Shown: one piece after another, positions 48,517-57,503 of the stretch
How the letters are laid out: each line of letters begins with the position of its first letter
How positions within the stretch are numbered: the first letter of the stretch is position 1
Assembly: GCA_041671225.1 (NCBI GenBank)
Contig: JBAZBY010000001.1
Location: 897,130-961,129, forward strand
DNA: 64,000 bases
Direction of reading: 5' to 3'
From: Patescibacteria group bacterium
GTDB lineage: Bacteria; Patescibacteriota; Patescibacteriia; JBAZBY01
Notes under the pieces: generated by a model
Database searches by the model: none
What the model saw: the letters and a program-made list of their open reading frames with translations, nothing else
What the model was told of the DNA's origin: nothing
Translations under genes and position numbers: made by a program

Positions 48517-50636
48517 TAATAGATTCTCCCAGCGCTCACATCAAGCCCTCCACGAAAAGATTCAGCATACACAAAAAATTGACCAGGCACCGAGCCATTG
48601 CCATTCATGACGCGCACATGAGGACCGCCGCCCGCCATTGGTCCGGTTACTATTTCGTCCTGTGCATCACCATCAACATCACCAGCAGCAACACGGACGC
48701 CATTCCGAAAACTCTCCGCATAGGCAAAGAACTGCCCCTTCACATTGCCGTCGATGTCAAAAATACGAATATGCGGACCGCCGCCAGGGCCGGGCGCGGT
48801 GATGATCTCGGCAATCGCATCTCCATCAATATCGCCCACAGCAACATCTATTCCGCCACGAAAATTCTCTCCATATGCAAGAAATTCATTCAACATCTCT
48901 CCATTTTTTGAAAAAATACGCACCATGGGAGCCGTGCCTGCCATCTGTGCGGCTACGATCTCTGCCTTCCCATTGCCGGTAAGATCACCCGCCGCAACAT
49001 GCGTGCCGGCCCGTGACCCAGCGTCAAAGGCATTGATGCTTTTTCTTTTATACCCGGCAGCGGTAAAAATGCGCACATCAGGACCGCCGCCTGGACCGGG
49101 CGCGGTGATGATCTCAACGGTGCCATCACCATCCATATCACCGGCTGCAACATCAACCCCGCCGCGAAAAGCTTCATCATATGCAAAAAATTGTCCCTTC
49201 ACTGCGCCTTGTTTATTAAAAATGCGCACATGCGGACCGCCGCCTGCAAAGGTACCAGTGATCACCTCTTCATTATTGCCACTCATGACGTCACCGACCG
49301 CAACATTAACACCATTTCTATACGTTGGTGCATATGCAAGAATGCTTTTTCGTTTTCTTCCGTTCATCGTCATAACACGCACATCTGGCCCACCGCCTGG
49401 GCCGGGCGCGGTGATGATATCATCAGTATTTGCTGTTGTTGCCTTTGTAGTAAGAAGTTCATCGAGTGCCAGCCGTCCACTTCCGAGCCCTGCAGTACTG
49501 AGCGCCTTCACGCTCTCCTTAATGCGCTGGGCAATCAAATCGACAGACCAGGTAGGATATGCCGTCTTTACAAGCGCAGCCGCCCCTGCAACGAATGGAG
49601 TAGACAGAGAGGTTCCAGCCCATCCGCCACCATATGCGGCAGAAAAACCAGGCTCACTCAGCAGCGCCTGTGTGGTGTAGATCCCCTCTCCCGGTGCTGC
49701 AATATCAACGCAACTTGAACCATAATTTGAAAAAGATGAACGAACATCTGCTGCGTTGACGCTTGCAACACCCAAGACATTACGAAGACAAACGGGATAC
49801 CGCTTTGTATTGTCCAGATTGATGCCTTCATTGCCTGATGCTGCAACCATGAGCATGCCTGCTTCTGCGCTTTCCTGGATGGTGATATCAAGACTCGCGC
49901 TATAGGATGCGCCGACCAAACTCATGCTTGCAATATCTGCACCATTCTCACGTGCATAATCAAGCGCAGCGATGATACTGCTCGTAAGACCAACGCCCGA
50001 GCTATTCAAAACCCGAAGGGGCATGATTTGCACCTTCCATGCAACACCGGCAACGCCAACGCCATTGTTCCCTACTGCGCCAATAACGCCTGACACGATC
50101 GTTCCATGCTGAACGCCATCATCATTACCAGGGACATAACTCCCATCAATCTGCACGTCAGGATTATTTGAATCGCCAGCAAAATCCCAACCATACCGGT
50201 CATCAATGTAGCCATTGCCATCATCGTCTTTTCCATTGCCTGCGATCTCATCCTGATTCACCCATATATTGTCCTCCAAATCAGGATGGTCAAGATCCAC
50301 TCCAGAATCAAGAACTGCGACAACAACAGTGCGACTTCCTTGCTCTACACTCCATACGCTCTCAGCACCTATGCGCGTAAGTTCTGTTTGGTTTGTATAC
50401 TGTGGGTCATCAGGAAGAGTTGTTGCAAAAAACTCCCCTTCCTTCTCAAGACGAAAGCCATGAGGAGCGTTCCCCTGAAACTGTGCTGCCTCCTCCGCGG
50501 TAAGCACCAATGGCAAGGGAGGCTTTTCTGGTCTGTCAATAAAGTAACGTGTTCCTTCTTCGGCATGCGCCACCGACAACACAGAAACAAACAGCAGAAT
50601 AGGAACGGAGACAAGAAGAAGGAAGAAACGCCGCAT
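48516..50636 (-). CDS. secreted subtilisin-like serine protease (S8) fused to a 7-repeat FG-GAP-like beta-propeller
   Basis: Signal/TM N-terminus. S8 triad contexts VAVLDSGVD (Asp), HGTIVSGVI (His), GTSLSTPFVAGAAAL (Ser). The C-terminus carries ~50-aa repeats F.AY...FRGG.DVA.GD.DGDG..EIITAPGPGGGP.VR. Confidence 0.8.
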   Translation of the reverse strand: MRRFFLLLVSVPILLFVSVLSVAHAEEGTRYFIDRPEKPPLPLVLTAEEAAQFQGNAPHGFRLEKEGEFFATTLPDDPQYTNQTELTRIGAESVWSVEQGSRTVVVAVLDSGVDLDHPDLEDNIWVNQDEIAGNGKDDDGNGYIDDRYGWDFAGDSNNPDVQIDGSYVPGNDDGVQHGTIVSGVIGAVGNNGVGVAGVAWKVQIMPLRVLNSSGVGLTSSIIAALDYARENGADIASMSLVGASYSASLDITIQESAEAGMLMVAASGNEGINLDNTKRYPVCLRNVLGVASVNAADVRSSFSNYGSSCVDIAAPGEGIYTTQALLSEPGFSAAYGGGWAGTSLSTPFVAGAAALVKTAYPTWSVDLIAQRIKESVKALSTAGLGSGRLALDELLTTKATTANTDDIITAPGPGGGPDVRVMTMNGRKRKSILAYAPTYRNGVNVAVGDVMSGNNEEVITGTFAGGGPHVRIFNKQGAVKGQFFAYDEAFRGGVDVAAGDMDGDGTVEIITAPGPGGGPDVRIFTAAGYKRKSINAFDAGSRAGTHVAAGDLTGNGKAEIVAAQMAGTAPMVRIFSKNGEMLNEFLAYGENFRGGIDVAVGDIDGDAIAEIITAPGPGGGPHIRIFDIDGNVKGQFFAYAESFRNGVRVAAGDVDGDAQDEIVTGPMAGGGPHVRVMNGNGSVPGQFFVYAESFRGGLDVSAGRIY
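48600..49440. repeat. tandem DNA repeat, period ~150 nt, ~6 copies (encodes the FG-GAP-like blades)
   Basis: The recurring block ...ATG(C/A)GGACCGCCGCC(A/T)GG(G/A)CCGGGCGCGGTGATGAT(C/A)TC... occurs at ~48613, 48766, 48925, 49078, 49222 and 49378. Confidence 0.6.
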
Positions 50637-50640
50637 AGGA

Positions 50641-51843
50641 TTAAAGCGAACCTAAAACAACAGAAACAACTTGTTCAATATCATCCACCATGAGCGTAAG
50701 CTCAATTTCTTCGCCGATATCAAAACGCTGCACGACTGTGGTCAGTTCTTCTGGGTATGCCAGCGGGACGTCATTCACTGCAAGAATGCGCATACCACTC
50801 ACAAGAGCGGCATCATCAGCAGGACTCCCCTCCGCAACAGCCAGGATGCCGCGGTCCGTATCGCCAATGAGCAGTGCGCCCGTTTCCGTATCATCAAGGC
50901 TCGGCATGGCCGCAAGGTCTTTATAGTGAACGCCAAGGTGAAGACGTTCGAACTCCCCATCTTGCAAGAGACGCGGCAATGCGGGCGTAAGAAATTCTAT
51001 TGGAACAACAGTGCCGGTTGCTGGATCACTCACCAAGCCAATTGCTTCACCGCTCATTGTAAAGACGGGTGCGCCACGATATGCTGCGTCAAGATTTCCA
51101 ATACGATGACGGCGTGTGTAGGTTTCTGTTGAAAGAAAAAAGTCCGCACCGTCTGTGTGTAACAATTCATTCTGGCCGACTAAAACGGTTGACTGATATG
51201 CGAGCGTGCCTTGTGCGGTACGCATTAAAACAAGCAGCTCATCGCCGAGTCGGAGATTCTCCGGTACAACAAAGGTTGTGACCGGAAGACCCGCTTCATC
51301 AAGACGAAAAGCCGTCAAGGGAGAAGATGGGTCCTCAAGCGCTGATCCGGTTGTTTCGATAACCGTATTGTCCGCACCAACGCCATATGCGGTTCCCGTA
51401 AGAGAAACGCCATCAACGCTCGCCACATAACCATCACTGGAAATAACAAGACCATTGCCTGTAAGATCGCGATCCAAAATATTTTCAGACTGACTTGAAA
51501 GCGCAACAACCGCGGGACCAACTGTGCTAATGACTTCCGAAATATTCGTTTGCCGTGCCTGCTCTCGGATAATCACATCTCGTTCAGCAGTTTCAGGAAA
51601 TTGAATGCCAAACCAACCCCAAAACGATGCGTTGGGATTTCCAAGTGCGAGGCTTGTCAAGAGAAGAAGACCAAGAGCCCCCGCAACAAAACCACTAAAA
51701 ATACTCAGGATGATGATCGTCCAGATACTACGGGGCTTTATCGGCTGCACAAAGACTTCTTTCTCTTCAAGAAAATGATCTAAGTTCTCTTCTTGTTGTT
51801 TTTGACGTCCTTTTGGGGATGTCGGGGCGATCTTTGCTTTCAT
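50641..51843 (-). CDS. HtrA/DegP-like trypsin-fold protein with PDZ domain, catalytic triad apparently degenerate
   Basis: N-terminal TM, a trypsin-like core (GPAVVALSS, GNGLVISSDGYV) and a C-terminal PDZ (GALLIGDTDRGILAVAEGSPADDAALVSGMRILAVNDV). The positions of the HtrA TNxHV and GNSGGP motifs read SVDG and YRGAPVF. Confidence 0.5.
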   Translation of the reverse strand: MKAKIAPTSPKGRQKQQEENLDHFLEEKEVFVQPIKPRSIWTIIILSIFSGFVAGALGLLLLTSLALGNPNASFWGWFGIQFPETAERDVIIREQARQTNISEVISTVGPAVVALSSQSENILDRDLTGNGLVISSDGYVASVDGVSLTGTAYGVGADNTVIETTGSALEDPSSPLTAFRLDEAGLPVTTFVVPENLRLGDELLVLMRTAQGTLAYQSTVLVGQNELLHTDGADFFLSTETYTRRHRIGNLDAAYRGAPVFTMSGEAIGLVSDPATGTVVPIEFLTPALPRLLQDGEFERLHLGVHYKDLAAMPSLDDTETGALLIGDTDRGILAVAEGSPADDAALVSGMRILAVNDVPLAYPEELTTVVQRFDIGEEIELTLMVDDIEQVVSVVLGSL

Positions 51844-51847
51844 GATG

Positions 51848-52624
51848 CTATGTCCATTGTGCGGTTGAAAGTGTTATGAGTACACCGACAAACGCGATGA
51901 TTAGATACCTACGCGCAACAGATGCTTCAAGTCGATCAAGCAAATGCTGGCGCGCAAGATTGGTAACGGCGTAATACATGAGTGTTATAAGGGCCCCCGC
52001 AACAAAAAAATTCGTCGGGAGCCAAAAGACAGTCCACAGGAGTTGCACCAGCATGAGTGGGAGAATAAAGAGGTAGGCTATGTTTTCTCGGAGTGAAAGT
52101 TTATTAACCCACAACATTTGCAGTACAAAAAGAAAGAATGCGGCCGCACCAAAAGCGAGCAGTGCATATTGCGAAATCCGAATATAGAGTAAAAGGGATG
52201 CAAGCGTTGAGCTGAGAAAAAAAACAGAAATGAGATTTGCATACGTCGAAATGTTCTCAATCGCATGCGGCTGATACCGCTCATCATGATGAGCAAACAA
52301 AAGAAGATTCTGAAAAAACCAGAACAACAATACGGCCACAGCAACAAGAACCAAAGTTGTCCAAATGGAATTCGCAAGAATACCCACAAAAAGGATCGCA
52401 GAAAAAGCGAGCATGAGTGGTGCAAGTATGAGAAGCCAATAACTGCTGCTGCGCAGATCATCACGAATCACTACTTGTCCAATTCCTAAAAGAAGCACCA
52501 AAAAAAGTACCGGGAGCCACTCCAGCGAATGTGGCTGTTGGATAAAAAATCGCGCACACAAAAAAAATCCGAGCGCAATAAGAAACGGGGTTGTGCGAAC
52601 AAAGAGCGACATACTATGGTGCAC
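51848..52624 (-). CDS. polytopic membrane protein, unknown function
   Basis: 258 aa, ~8 TM helices, coupled between the HtrA-like gene and the TSP3-repeat gene. Confidence 0.4.
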   Translation of the reverse strand: MHHSMSLFVRTTPFLIALGFFLCARFFIQQPHSLEWLPVLFLVLLLGIGQVVIRDDLRSSSYWLLILAPLMLAFSAILFVGILANSIWTTLVLVAVAVLLFWFFQNLLLFAHHDERYQPHAIENISTYANLISVFFLSSTLASLLLYIRISQYALLAFGAAAFFLFVLQMLWVNKLSLRENIAYLFILPLMLVQLLWTVFWLPTNFFVAGALITLMYYAVTNLARQHLLDRLEASVARRYLIIAFVGVLITLSTAQWT

Positions 52625-53708
52625 TCAAATTACCAGAACCAACTGGGTTAAAATTATTCTTTACTTCCTGGCCATCAGTGAATCCATCACCATCGGTATC
52701 AGGATCCAGCGGATCGCTGCCATAGACAATGACTTCCTGATAATCGGCAAGATCATCACGATCCGTATCCGCAACAAGTGGGTTCGTACCCAAGGCCTCT
52801 TCTTGTGCGTCAGGTAATCCATCACGATCCGTATCAATTGTTGGGCTGATATTTGTGTTTGCGTTGAGATTGCCATTGGCATTCGTGTTCACATCGGTAT
52901 TCGTATTGCTATTTGTATTTGATGAAAGCAGTGCAAACGTGCTCAACATGCCATTTTCAAGCATGGCGCCGCCGGTTTGAAAAACATAACGCATGCGTCC
53001 ATTAGTGAACGCAAGAAATGTACCTTCATCTGACTGCGTGTCAATGCCAATAGTTGCGAAGCCGGCGATACGCAGTGCGCTGGTATCAATGATGATTGCA
53101 TCCTGGTTCGTCACAAGAAGTAAATTCTGCCACTCTGTGAGGCTCTGGCTTGTCTGCACGGCACTAATTGCTTCGGGAACCACACTCTCTATACCGGTAG
53201 TAAAAACAACTTCATCCTCTGTTGAACGAGCCCGGTCAACCTTCCAGGTCGGAGGATAATCAACAGAAAAACCCAGTACACTGCTTGAATACGTGATCCA
53301 ACCTGCCGTGCTGTTCGTGTTGCCATTCACTCCGCTATTCGTGTTGCTGTTTGCATTCGTGTTCACCGATATGTTGGTGTTCTCTGCAATAGTATTCGTT
53401 GTTTCATTGCTACGAAAAGGGTTTGCAAAAAGCAAAATAACGAGCATTCCCCCTACAAGAATGACTGCTGCTGCGATGAGAAAAACCATAAAACGTCCGG
53501 GAGAGTGCTCATCTTCCAATGCGTCTAACCCTGCACGCTTGAGTGCATCAAGTGTCTCAGGCGGAATTTCTTTTTCCCCCTGTGTTTGTATGCTTGGCAG
53601 CTGTACATCCGCCTTCTTCGGTCTTAAGCCAGATGGCGGTATTCCCTGCGTCTGCTGCTGTGGCTGCACAGCCTTTTTTTCTTCTTCTTTTTGAACACCT
53701 TCAAACAT
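52614..53708 (-). CDS. membrane-anchored secreted protein with N/T-rich low-complexity tracts and thrombospondin-type-3-like Ca-binding repeats
   Basis: N-terminal TM. Low-complexity runs NTNISVNTNANSNTNSGVNGNTNS and SNTNSNTNTDVNTNANGNLNANTN. C-terminal DTDRDGLPDAQE, DTDRDDLADYQE and DPDTDGDGFTDGQE repeats. Confidence 0.45.
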   Translation of the reverse strand: MFEGVQKEEEKKAVQPQQQTQGIPPSGLRPKKADVQLPSIQTQGEKEIPPETLDALKRAGLDALEDEHSPGRFMVFLIAAAVILVGGMLVILLFANPFRSNETTNTIAENTNISVNTNANSNTNSGVNGNTNSTAGWITYSSSVLGFSVDYPPTWKVDRARSTEDEVVFTTGIESVVPEAISAVQTSQSLTEWQNLLLVTNQDAIIIDTSALRIAGFATIGIDTQSDEGTFLAFTNGRMRYVFQTGGAMLENGMLSTFALLSSNTNSNTNTDVNTNANGNLNANTNISPTIDTDRDGLPDAQEEALGTNPLVADTDRDDLADYQEVIVYGSDPLDPDTDGDGFTDGQEVKNNFNPVGSGNLSAP

Positions 53709-53750
53709 ACTCGCTGTTGCTAGTATACCATATTGAGCAAAAATCCGCAG

Positions 53751-54695
53751 TTAGAGTTCTATTTCCTGCTCTTCAGTGAAATGAAAGTAATCTGTTCCGT
53801 ATAAGGCAACAAAAAGCGCGATCAGACCGGCAACAATATGGCCAATCAGTTCATTGACGCCGAGCAGCGAGAAGGTAAGGGTAAAAAGTCCCAGAACGGC
53901 AAGGCCGGCGAAGCGCGGAAAGATATTCAAAATAAACAACAAACCAATGAATGCTTCACTAACCCCGGCGAGATACACAAAAGCTGCATCAGAAATGCCA
54001 AACTGCGCAACAAAGTTCCAGTCATGTGTTTGTAAAAATGCGAGCGCTATACCCGGTTCCACGAGTTTCTCTTGAAACGCCGCGACCAAAAGTGCCACGC
54101 CAAGACCAATACGGACATAACGCATGGCAAAACGCAAAAGAAACTTCCCCTGCGCATAGGAAAGTAAAAACGCAAGCGCGAGCCCGATATATTCTGCATG
54201 TGCCAACAGTGTCACAACTCCAAAGCGAAACCAAAGGAGGATTAATGCGATGAGGAGCGATACCGCAGCATAACGCTTGAATACCAGCACAATAAACCCA
54301 AGCCCCGCGATAAGCATGAAAATGCGGATCAGCTCATCAAGCCCGGTTGTCGCAACAAGGTCAGGAGAAAAAAGTTCACCCCGCGAAGCAAAAAGAAGAA
54401 GCGCCACACCTGAACCAATGGAAAGAATATTTTTTGCGAGACCGACAAAAGGCATGACCTGCAAATGCAATACCTTCACGGGTGTCCCCCCGACGGGCCG
54501 TGCAGAAAGATTGCGCAAGAATATCAAAAGAACCGCCGCGACCACTGCTCCACCCCAGAGCACATAATGCGCCGAGCCATCTGTTGCAATCGGCTCCTCT
54601 ACAAACCAGAGCGCATGCGCAAAAACCGCCTGCGGAATAACGAATGCCCCAAAAATAAGGAACGCGCTAAATATGTTCTTCGAGATCCTCGGCAT
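53751..54695 (-). CDS. DoxX-like polytopic membrane protein
   Basis: 314 aa with ~8 TM helices. The DoxX-like assignment is by hydrophobic pattern only. Confidence 0.3.
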   Translation of the reverse strand: MPRISKNIFSAFLIFGAFVIPQAVFAHALWFVEEPIATDGSAHYVLWGGAVVAAVLLIFLRNLSARPVGGTPVKVLHLQVMPFVGLAKNILSIGSGVALLLFASRGELFSPDLVATTGLDELIRIFMLIAGLGFIVLVFKRYAAVSLLIALILLWFRFGVVTLLAHAEYIGLALAFLLSYAQGKFLLRFAMRYVRIGLGVALLVAAFQEKLVEPGIALAFLQTHDWNFVAQFGISDAAFVYLAGVSEAFIGLLFILNIFPRFAGLAVLGLFTLTFSLLGVNELIGHIVAGLIALFVALYGTDYFHFTEEQEIEL

Positions 54696-54882
54696 CCTTT
54701 TTCATGTTCTCAATCTTATTCTCAACATTTTTCAGCTGCGCCTTGAGTTCTTTTGAGAGCGCCAGGCCACGCTCGAACTTTTTGAGTCCTGCGTCAAGAT
54801 CTTCCTCTTCCTCAAGTTCACTCACAATGCGTTCGAGCTCTTCAAATTGGTCAGTAAAGGTCTTTGATTTTTTTGATGGCAT
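54667..54882 (-). CDS. xseB: exodeoxyribonuclease VII small subunit
   Basis: A 71-aa helical protein (FTDQFEELERIVSELEEE..DLDAGLKKFERGLALSKELKAQL) 4 nt after xseA. The start was set at the internal ATG (54882) to avoid overlap. Confidence 0.75.
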   Translation of the reverse strand: MPSKKSKTFTDQFEELERIVSELEEEEDLDAGLKKFERGLALSKELKAQLKNVENKIENMKKDAEDLEEHI

Positions 54883-54886
54883 ACGT

Positions 54887-56125
54887 TTATTCAACTGTTG
54901 ATTCAATCGTCCCATCACTGAGGCGTGTCGTGAGATGACTGCCCCGTGAAACACGTGTGGTGCTTTTCAGTATAGTGCGTTTTCCCTTTTCTGTCAGATA
55001 GGTAATGGAATACCCCCGTTTGACGATCGCATCAGGTGAAAGATGCACGAGCGCTGCTTTGTGTTGCCGCAATGCTGCGCCGTATCGCTCCACAAGGCGT
55101 TGGAGTGCCTGCTGCATGCGGCCCGCGCTTGCCACAACTCCCTCGCTCGCGAAGACGGCTCGTTCTCCAAGATTACGCCACGCATAACGCAAGCCGGTTT
55201 CTGCGCTGCGCAGACGCTCAAATGGCCGCGAAAGAAGCTGTGCAAGTGCTTGTAGCATACTATGCAAACGTTGTGCCGTGCGTTGCGTCGTCCGCTCCAT
55301 TGCATGCGCAAGCTGATGCTGCTCGGCAATAAGATTGCCAAGTATTTCGCGGCGGCTCAACACAACGAGCTCTGCAGCATTCGATGGAGTTGCCGCGCGA
55401 ACATCCGCAACATAATCTGCAATGGTCACATCGCGCTCATGGCCCACGCCAACGACAACGGGAACTTTGGACGCAAAAATAGCGCGCGCAACTTCCTCTG
55501 CATTGAATGACTGCAAATCCTCCATGGATCCGCCGCCGCGCGTGAGGATGATGACATCAAGATCTGTACGCGCTCCTGCTGCGGTAAGCGCTGAAGCTAC
55601 CTGGCGAACAGAACCGGCTCCCTGGACTTGTGCAGGATAAAATGAAATCGCGAGCCCGCCAAAACGATTCTCTAAGACGCGCAAGACATCGGTATACGCC
55701 GCAGCATCTGGAGAAGTAATGAGTCCGATATGAAATGGGAAACGCGGTAATTGCTGCTTATGCTCTGGTGCAAACAATCCTTCCTGCTGAAGTTTTTTCT
55801 GCAGTAAAAGAAAAGCCTTGCGAAGCGCGCCTTCCCCCACCAGTTCAATTTCTGAAACGCGCATATGAAAACCACCATTCTTTTTGAACAAGGATGGTAC
55901 GCCAAGGACGCGAATCTCCATGCCATCTTCTAATGGTTGTGTAAGTTCATTCCGCAACATGAAGCAGCGCAAGCGGCTTTTTTCATCCTTAATATCAAAA
56001 AAGACCAGGCTCTGATTACTTGGCCGAAAATCAACAACTTCACCCTGCACCACCACCTCGCCAAAGCGCTCAGCAAGCTCTGCGCGAACAAGGTCAACAA
56101 AATCAGAAACAGAATATGTTGTCAT
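54887..56125 (-). CDS. xseA: exodeoxyribonuclease VII large subunit
   Basis: N-terminal OB fold, central catalytic region (HIGLITSPDAAAYTDVLRVL). 412 aa. Confidence 0.9.
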   Translation of the reverse strand: MTTYSVSDFVDLVRAELAERFGEVVVQGEVVDFRPSNQSLVFFDIKDEKSRLRCFMLRNELTQPLEDGMEIRVLGVPSLFKKNGGFHMRVSEIELVGEGALRKAFLLLQKKLQQEGLFAPEHKQQLPRFPFHIGLITSPDAAAYTDVLRVLENRFGGLAISFYPAQVQGAGSVRQVASALTAAGARTDLDVIILTRGGGSMEDLQSFNAEEVARAIFASKVPVVVGVGHERDVTIADYVADVRAATPSNAAELVVLSRREILGNLIAEQHQLAHAMERTTQRTAQRLHSMLQALAQLLSRPFERLRSAETGLRYAWRNLGERAVFASEGVVASAGRMQQALQRLVERYGAALRQHKAALVHLSPDAIVKRGYSITYLTEKGKRTILKSTTRVSRGSHLTTRLSDGTIESTVE

Positions 56126-56862
56126 GACCTGCGAGAGTGTTTGATTTCATTCACGCGCGTACGACTCATGCGACGTGCCTTCCTTATGGGTTGTTTTCTT
56201 TTACGCCTCTTCTCTAACTCTCGTGTGAACCACGCATCACTCTTCTTGAGGATGACTGCGACCTTTTCAACAAGCTTGACGGGATGCTTATCATAGACGA
56301 TCATCTTGTCGCCGCGCTCCGCCACTTCAATAATATCATCCATAAGTTCTGAGGTGCCACCGGATTCCTGCAAAACGCCAATCACGCGATGATCCTCAAA
56401 GCTATTGGTAAACTCGTTGAGGGTCCCGATGCGGCCACAAATGAAAATCACCGCATCAGCGGATCGTGTCAAGAGAAGATTCCTTCCAGAATAACCAAAA
56501 CCAGTATAGAAGATGATATCCTGCCACTTTGTGGGCAGTTTATACTTCTTCACATGTTCTTTCTTCGAAATGGCTGGAGAAAGACCGATAGAAACGCCAC
56601 CAAAATCCTTCGCACCATGACATGCATGCAAAGGGATGCCAGTTGTGGCGCCACTCAAAAGAACAAAGTCTCTCTTTGCAATCTCCTTCCCCACCTCATA
56701 TGCCAATTTGGGAGCCTTGCTGCCGCAGTTGTTCACTGCAGAACCAGAAACCGCTACCTTAAAAATTGTGGGGTGTCGTGGATGTTTTTTTACCATACAA
56801 TACAGTATAGCGATATTTGCACTTGTTCTCAACTTTTGAAGACAAAAAAACAGCGCAACCAA
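56122..56862 (-). CDS. LOG-family / COG1611 Rossmann-fold nucleotide-binding protein with basic C-terminal tail
   Basis: IFKVAVSGSAV...FVLLSGATTGIPL...GGVSIGLSP...ICGRIGTLNEF is the LOG/TIGR00725-like motif set. C-terminal tail RRKRKQPIRKARRMSRTR. ATGA overlap with the xseA start. The start is uncertain (an internal ATG at 56796 is possible). Confidence 0.55.
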   Translation of the reverse strand: MVALFFCLQKLRTSANIAILYCMVKKHPRHPTIFKVAVSGSAVNNCGSKAPKLAYEVGKEIAKRDFVLLSGATTGIPLHACHGAKDFGGVSIGLSPAISKKEHVKKYKLPTKWQDIIFYTGFGYSGRNLLLTRSADAVIFICGRIGTLNEFTNSFEDHRVIGVLQESGGTSELMDDIIEVAERGDKMIVYDKHPVKLVEKVAVILKKSDAWFTRELEKRRKRKQPIRKARRMSRTRVNEIKHSRRS

Positions 56863-56919
56863 GCCCTGTCCATTTTCTCTATGAATGGCAATGTTTCCCT
56901 TGTCGCCGCCGCCCCGGAA

Positions 56920-57090
56920 CTACCTCATGCGCTCACGCGCAAAATAGAGCTCTGTGCATGTCACACAAAGCCGTCCACGAACCGTACTGCGTCCGCACAG
57001 GGTGCAGTAACGCTTGCGTGGGCGTAGAACCGCGAAGTTGCGAATCTCGCGGCGATCAAGAGCCTCGAGTATCTCGCTTCTCTGCTTCAT
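56920..57090 (-). CDS. 57-aa zinc-ribbon miniprotein (C-x2-C-x9-C-x2-C)
   Basis: Strong RBS AAGGAGGAAAGG 9 nt upstream of the ATG, which is one of the few clear SDs in the window. The protein reads MKQRSEILEALDRREIRNFAVLRPRKRYCTLCGRSTVRGRLCVTCTELYFARERMR. Confidence 0.4.
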   Translation of the reverse strand: MKQRSEILEALDRREIRNFAVLRPRKRYCTLCGRSTVRGRLCVTCTELYFARERMR

Positions 57091-57144
57091 GGTTCCTTTC
57101 CTCCTTGCCCCGCAAACCTTTAACGGGGCTATACAAATGATCAA

Positions 57145-57297
57145 AATGATCGCATGTCCGGGAAGATACTCGGAAAATGTTGTTCGACACGAATAAGCCG
57201 CGTTATGTTTCCCTCCTTGCTCCGGAATCATACCATGGCCCGATGTGATGATTTGTTGCCGTTTCTATGATCCGAAATTCCCGGACATGCCATCATT
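57145..57297. repeat. long imperfect inverted repeat (arms 57145-57174 and 57271-57297, 19/20 core identity, ~96-nt spacer) in an ORF-poor region
   Basis: Arm 1 is AATGATCGCATGTCCGGGAA...CGGA. The reverse complement of arm 2 is AATGATGGCATGTCCGGGAA...CGGA. Confidence 0.5.
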
Positions 57298-57503
57298 CGA
57301 TACAATAAGAAGCCACCTGCACGATGATGGGCGTCAATTGTCAAGGGACAGTGACCCGCGCGAGTGGTTCTTGTTTCACTTCTATTTACTTGTGAATGCA
57401 ACTGCTGCCTGTAACCTTCACTTTGCATCTCAAGAATAATCCTCAAAGGTACATCTGTCAAGATGCCGGCGTGTACAAACGTGCGGAAAAAAAATGAAAA
57501 TCG

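Noticed and set aside
48745-49680. 311-aa and other long ORFs antisense to the subtilisin gene (also 49191-49718, 50286-50693)
   Set aside because: They are products of the GC-rich ~150-nt tandem repeat array. Low-complexity P/A/S-rich translations, no starts with RBS, and fully contained in a well-supported S8 protease gene.
57228-57461. 77-aa minus-strand ORF in the 640-nt ORF-poor region
   Set aside because: No RBS, odd composition, and it overlaps the inverted-repeat element. More likely non-coding (structured RNA or operator).
56863-57503. Possible tRNA, tmRNA, RNase P or SRP RNA in the largest non-coding stretch
   Set aside because: I looked for T-loop (GGTTCGAATCC-like), SRP domain IV (GGAAGCAGCC), tmRNA ends and RNase P P4 motifs and found none. 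The region is flagged as a finding instead, for the inverted repeat and the miniORF.
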